From the NCBI GenBank assembly GCA_038496445.1, contig JALMLS010000404.1:124001-188000 (forward strand): DNA of 64,000 bases, in the 5' to 3' direction. The stretch is from Trichosphaerium sp. ATCC 40318. Taxonomy: Eukaryota > Protista > Tubulinea. The notes beneath the pieces are model-generated. The model saw only the letters and a program-made list of their open reading frames with translations. It did no database searches and was not told the origin of the DNA. Positions 62,931 to 64,000 of the stretch are shown here, piece after piece. A program made the position numbers and the translations under genes. The number at the start of each line of letters is the position of its first letter. Within the stretch, counting starts at the first letter, position 1.

Positions 62931-64000
62931 TACAAATACGTTTATTCTCTCTTATATCCCGCCCGTCAGTGAAACAAACATCTTAGAAGTCCATCTGTAA
63001 ACTTATCACTGATGAATGTCTAATTAAACAAGAAGGGCGAAGTTGATTATTTCCCAGGTAAATTACTATCTATTGCTAATTGTCGTTAACGCCCAACAAA
63101 AGATGCTACAACCAACTAAGACTCCGGCTCATGGCCAGATCGGGCTATTTGAGGTCATTGTCTCCAGTAGCACTATTAATGTAAAGACAATAAATCAAAC
63201 TGAATGTTGTTTAGCAGATAGCTGTTTTTTATTTACTTTTTTTCACGTTTTCGTGTAATGCTTAACATCTAGGTAGTGTCCTGAAAATTTTACCAGCTTG
63301 CCTTCATAGTTATAACCATATCTGTTAACAGATACAGCATCCTTAAGATATTGTAATTTACCAAACTCTACCTTACATTGTTTTTTATCTTTAGAAAAAA
63401 CAACAGACTTAACAACTTCCTCAGGATTCCACTAAATTAAACGTGTCAACAATCTTCTCAATGGTTACAAGTATATAACAACAATATTTGCTTTAAAAAA
63501 GAGCCATATTAATGGCAAAAAACCCAAAAGTAGCCACAAGGAACGTGGGTCCAAGAATTTAAAAAAAAGACTTAAAAAAAAAAGAAACATACTGTTGTTT
63601 TGGTTTCACCGTAATCTTTCTTCTTAAATATGTAGCACCAAAGGTTAGCTATGTCCTCTTTCTTAAGAGTCAAATACCATGATAAAGAAGAGAAGTCCTG
63701 AATCATCAAAAATGGAGGATCTGAAGGGTACGGCAAAGCATGCCTTGAACGACATTTAACTACAAAAAACATAAGAAAAAGAAGGGAAAGTGTGATTGCA
63801 AGCGTAAACAACAATATTTTTACTTGAACAGTTCAAATTCTTTGTTTCCCCAACTGCACCTTGAAAATATTGTTTCATAAGTGAAATAAAACTCAAGGTC
63901 TTTTTATGGGCAGGAAAAAAAGAAGTTTTTTTTTGGGTTTTTTGCTGTTGTACCTCTCGAAAATCCTTGGCCAGTAAAGAATGATATTTCCCTGTCATAA
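62931..64000 (-). repeat. Right arm of the inverted duplication, carrying the 3' exons of a second copy of the 30963-33472 gene (runs off the window)
   Basis: Reverse complement of 32700-33768; shares VKCRSRHALPYPSDPPFLMIQDFSS. Confidence 0.92.

Noticed and set aside
1-64000. Alternative genetic code explaining the fragmented ORFs
   Set aside because: The fragmentation is explained by short GT/GC-AG introns, and TAA, TAG and TGA all end coherent proteins.

Overview
AT-rich (about 35% GC by eye), intron-rich eukaryotic DNA using the standard genetic code, most consistent with an amoeba-like protist (inference). Single-copy housekeeping-type genes are a Diaphanous-related formin, a SAP-WGR-PARP, a Vip1/BPA1-like RRM protein and a FERM-F0-like CaaX protein. 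They sit in a rapidly evolving accessory region dominated by F-box-like genes fused to varied C-terminal modules (LRR, MORN2/YwqK-type repeats, SPRY plus a Cys motif, a ParB-like motif, a GATase-like fold) and by their decayed remnants. Other content: an inverted pair of intron-containing bacterial-type PL8 lyases diverged in the catalytic domain, a clan GH-A-like glycoside hydrolase, secreted and surface proteins, and a small 8-Cys secreted peptide. Nested inverted duplications flank the 43-51 kb core. A Mutator-like transposon (60146-62930) has an 8-bp TSD and a matching empty site inside the window. Two window-wide signals stand out: CACGTG occurs about 60 times (about 6 expected), and several introns use GC donors. 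No rRNA, tRNA or CRISPR array was recognised. Exon boundaries were inferred by eye and are approximate.
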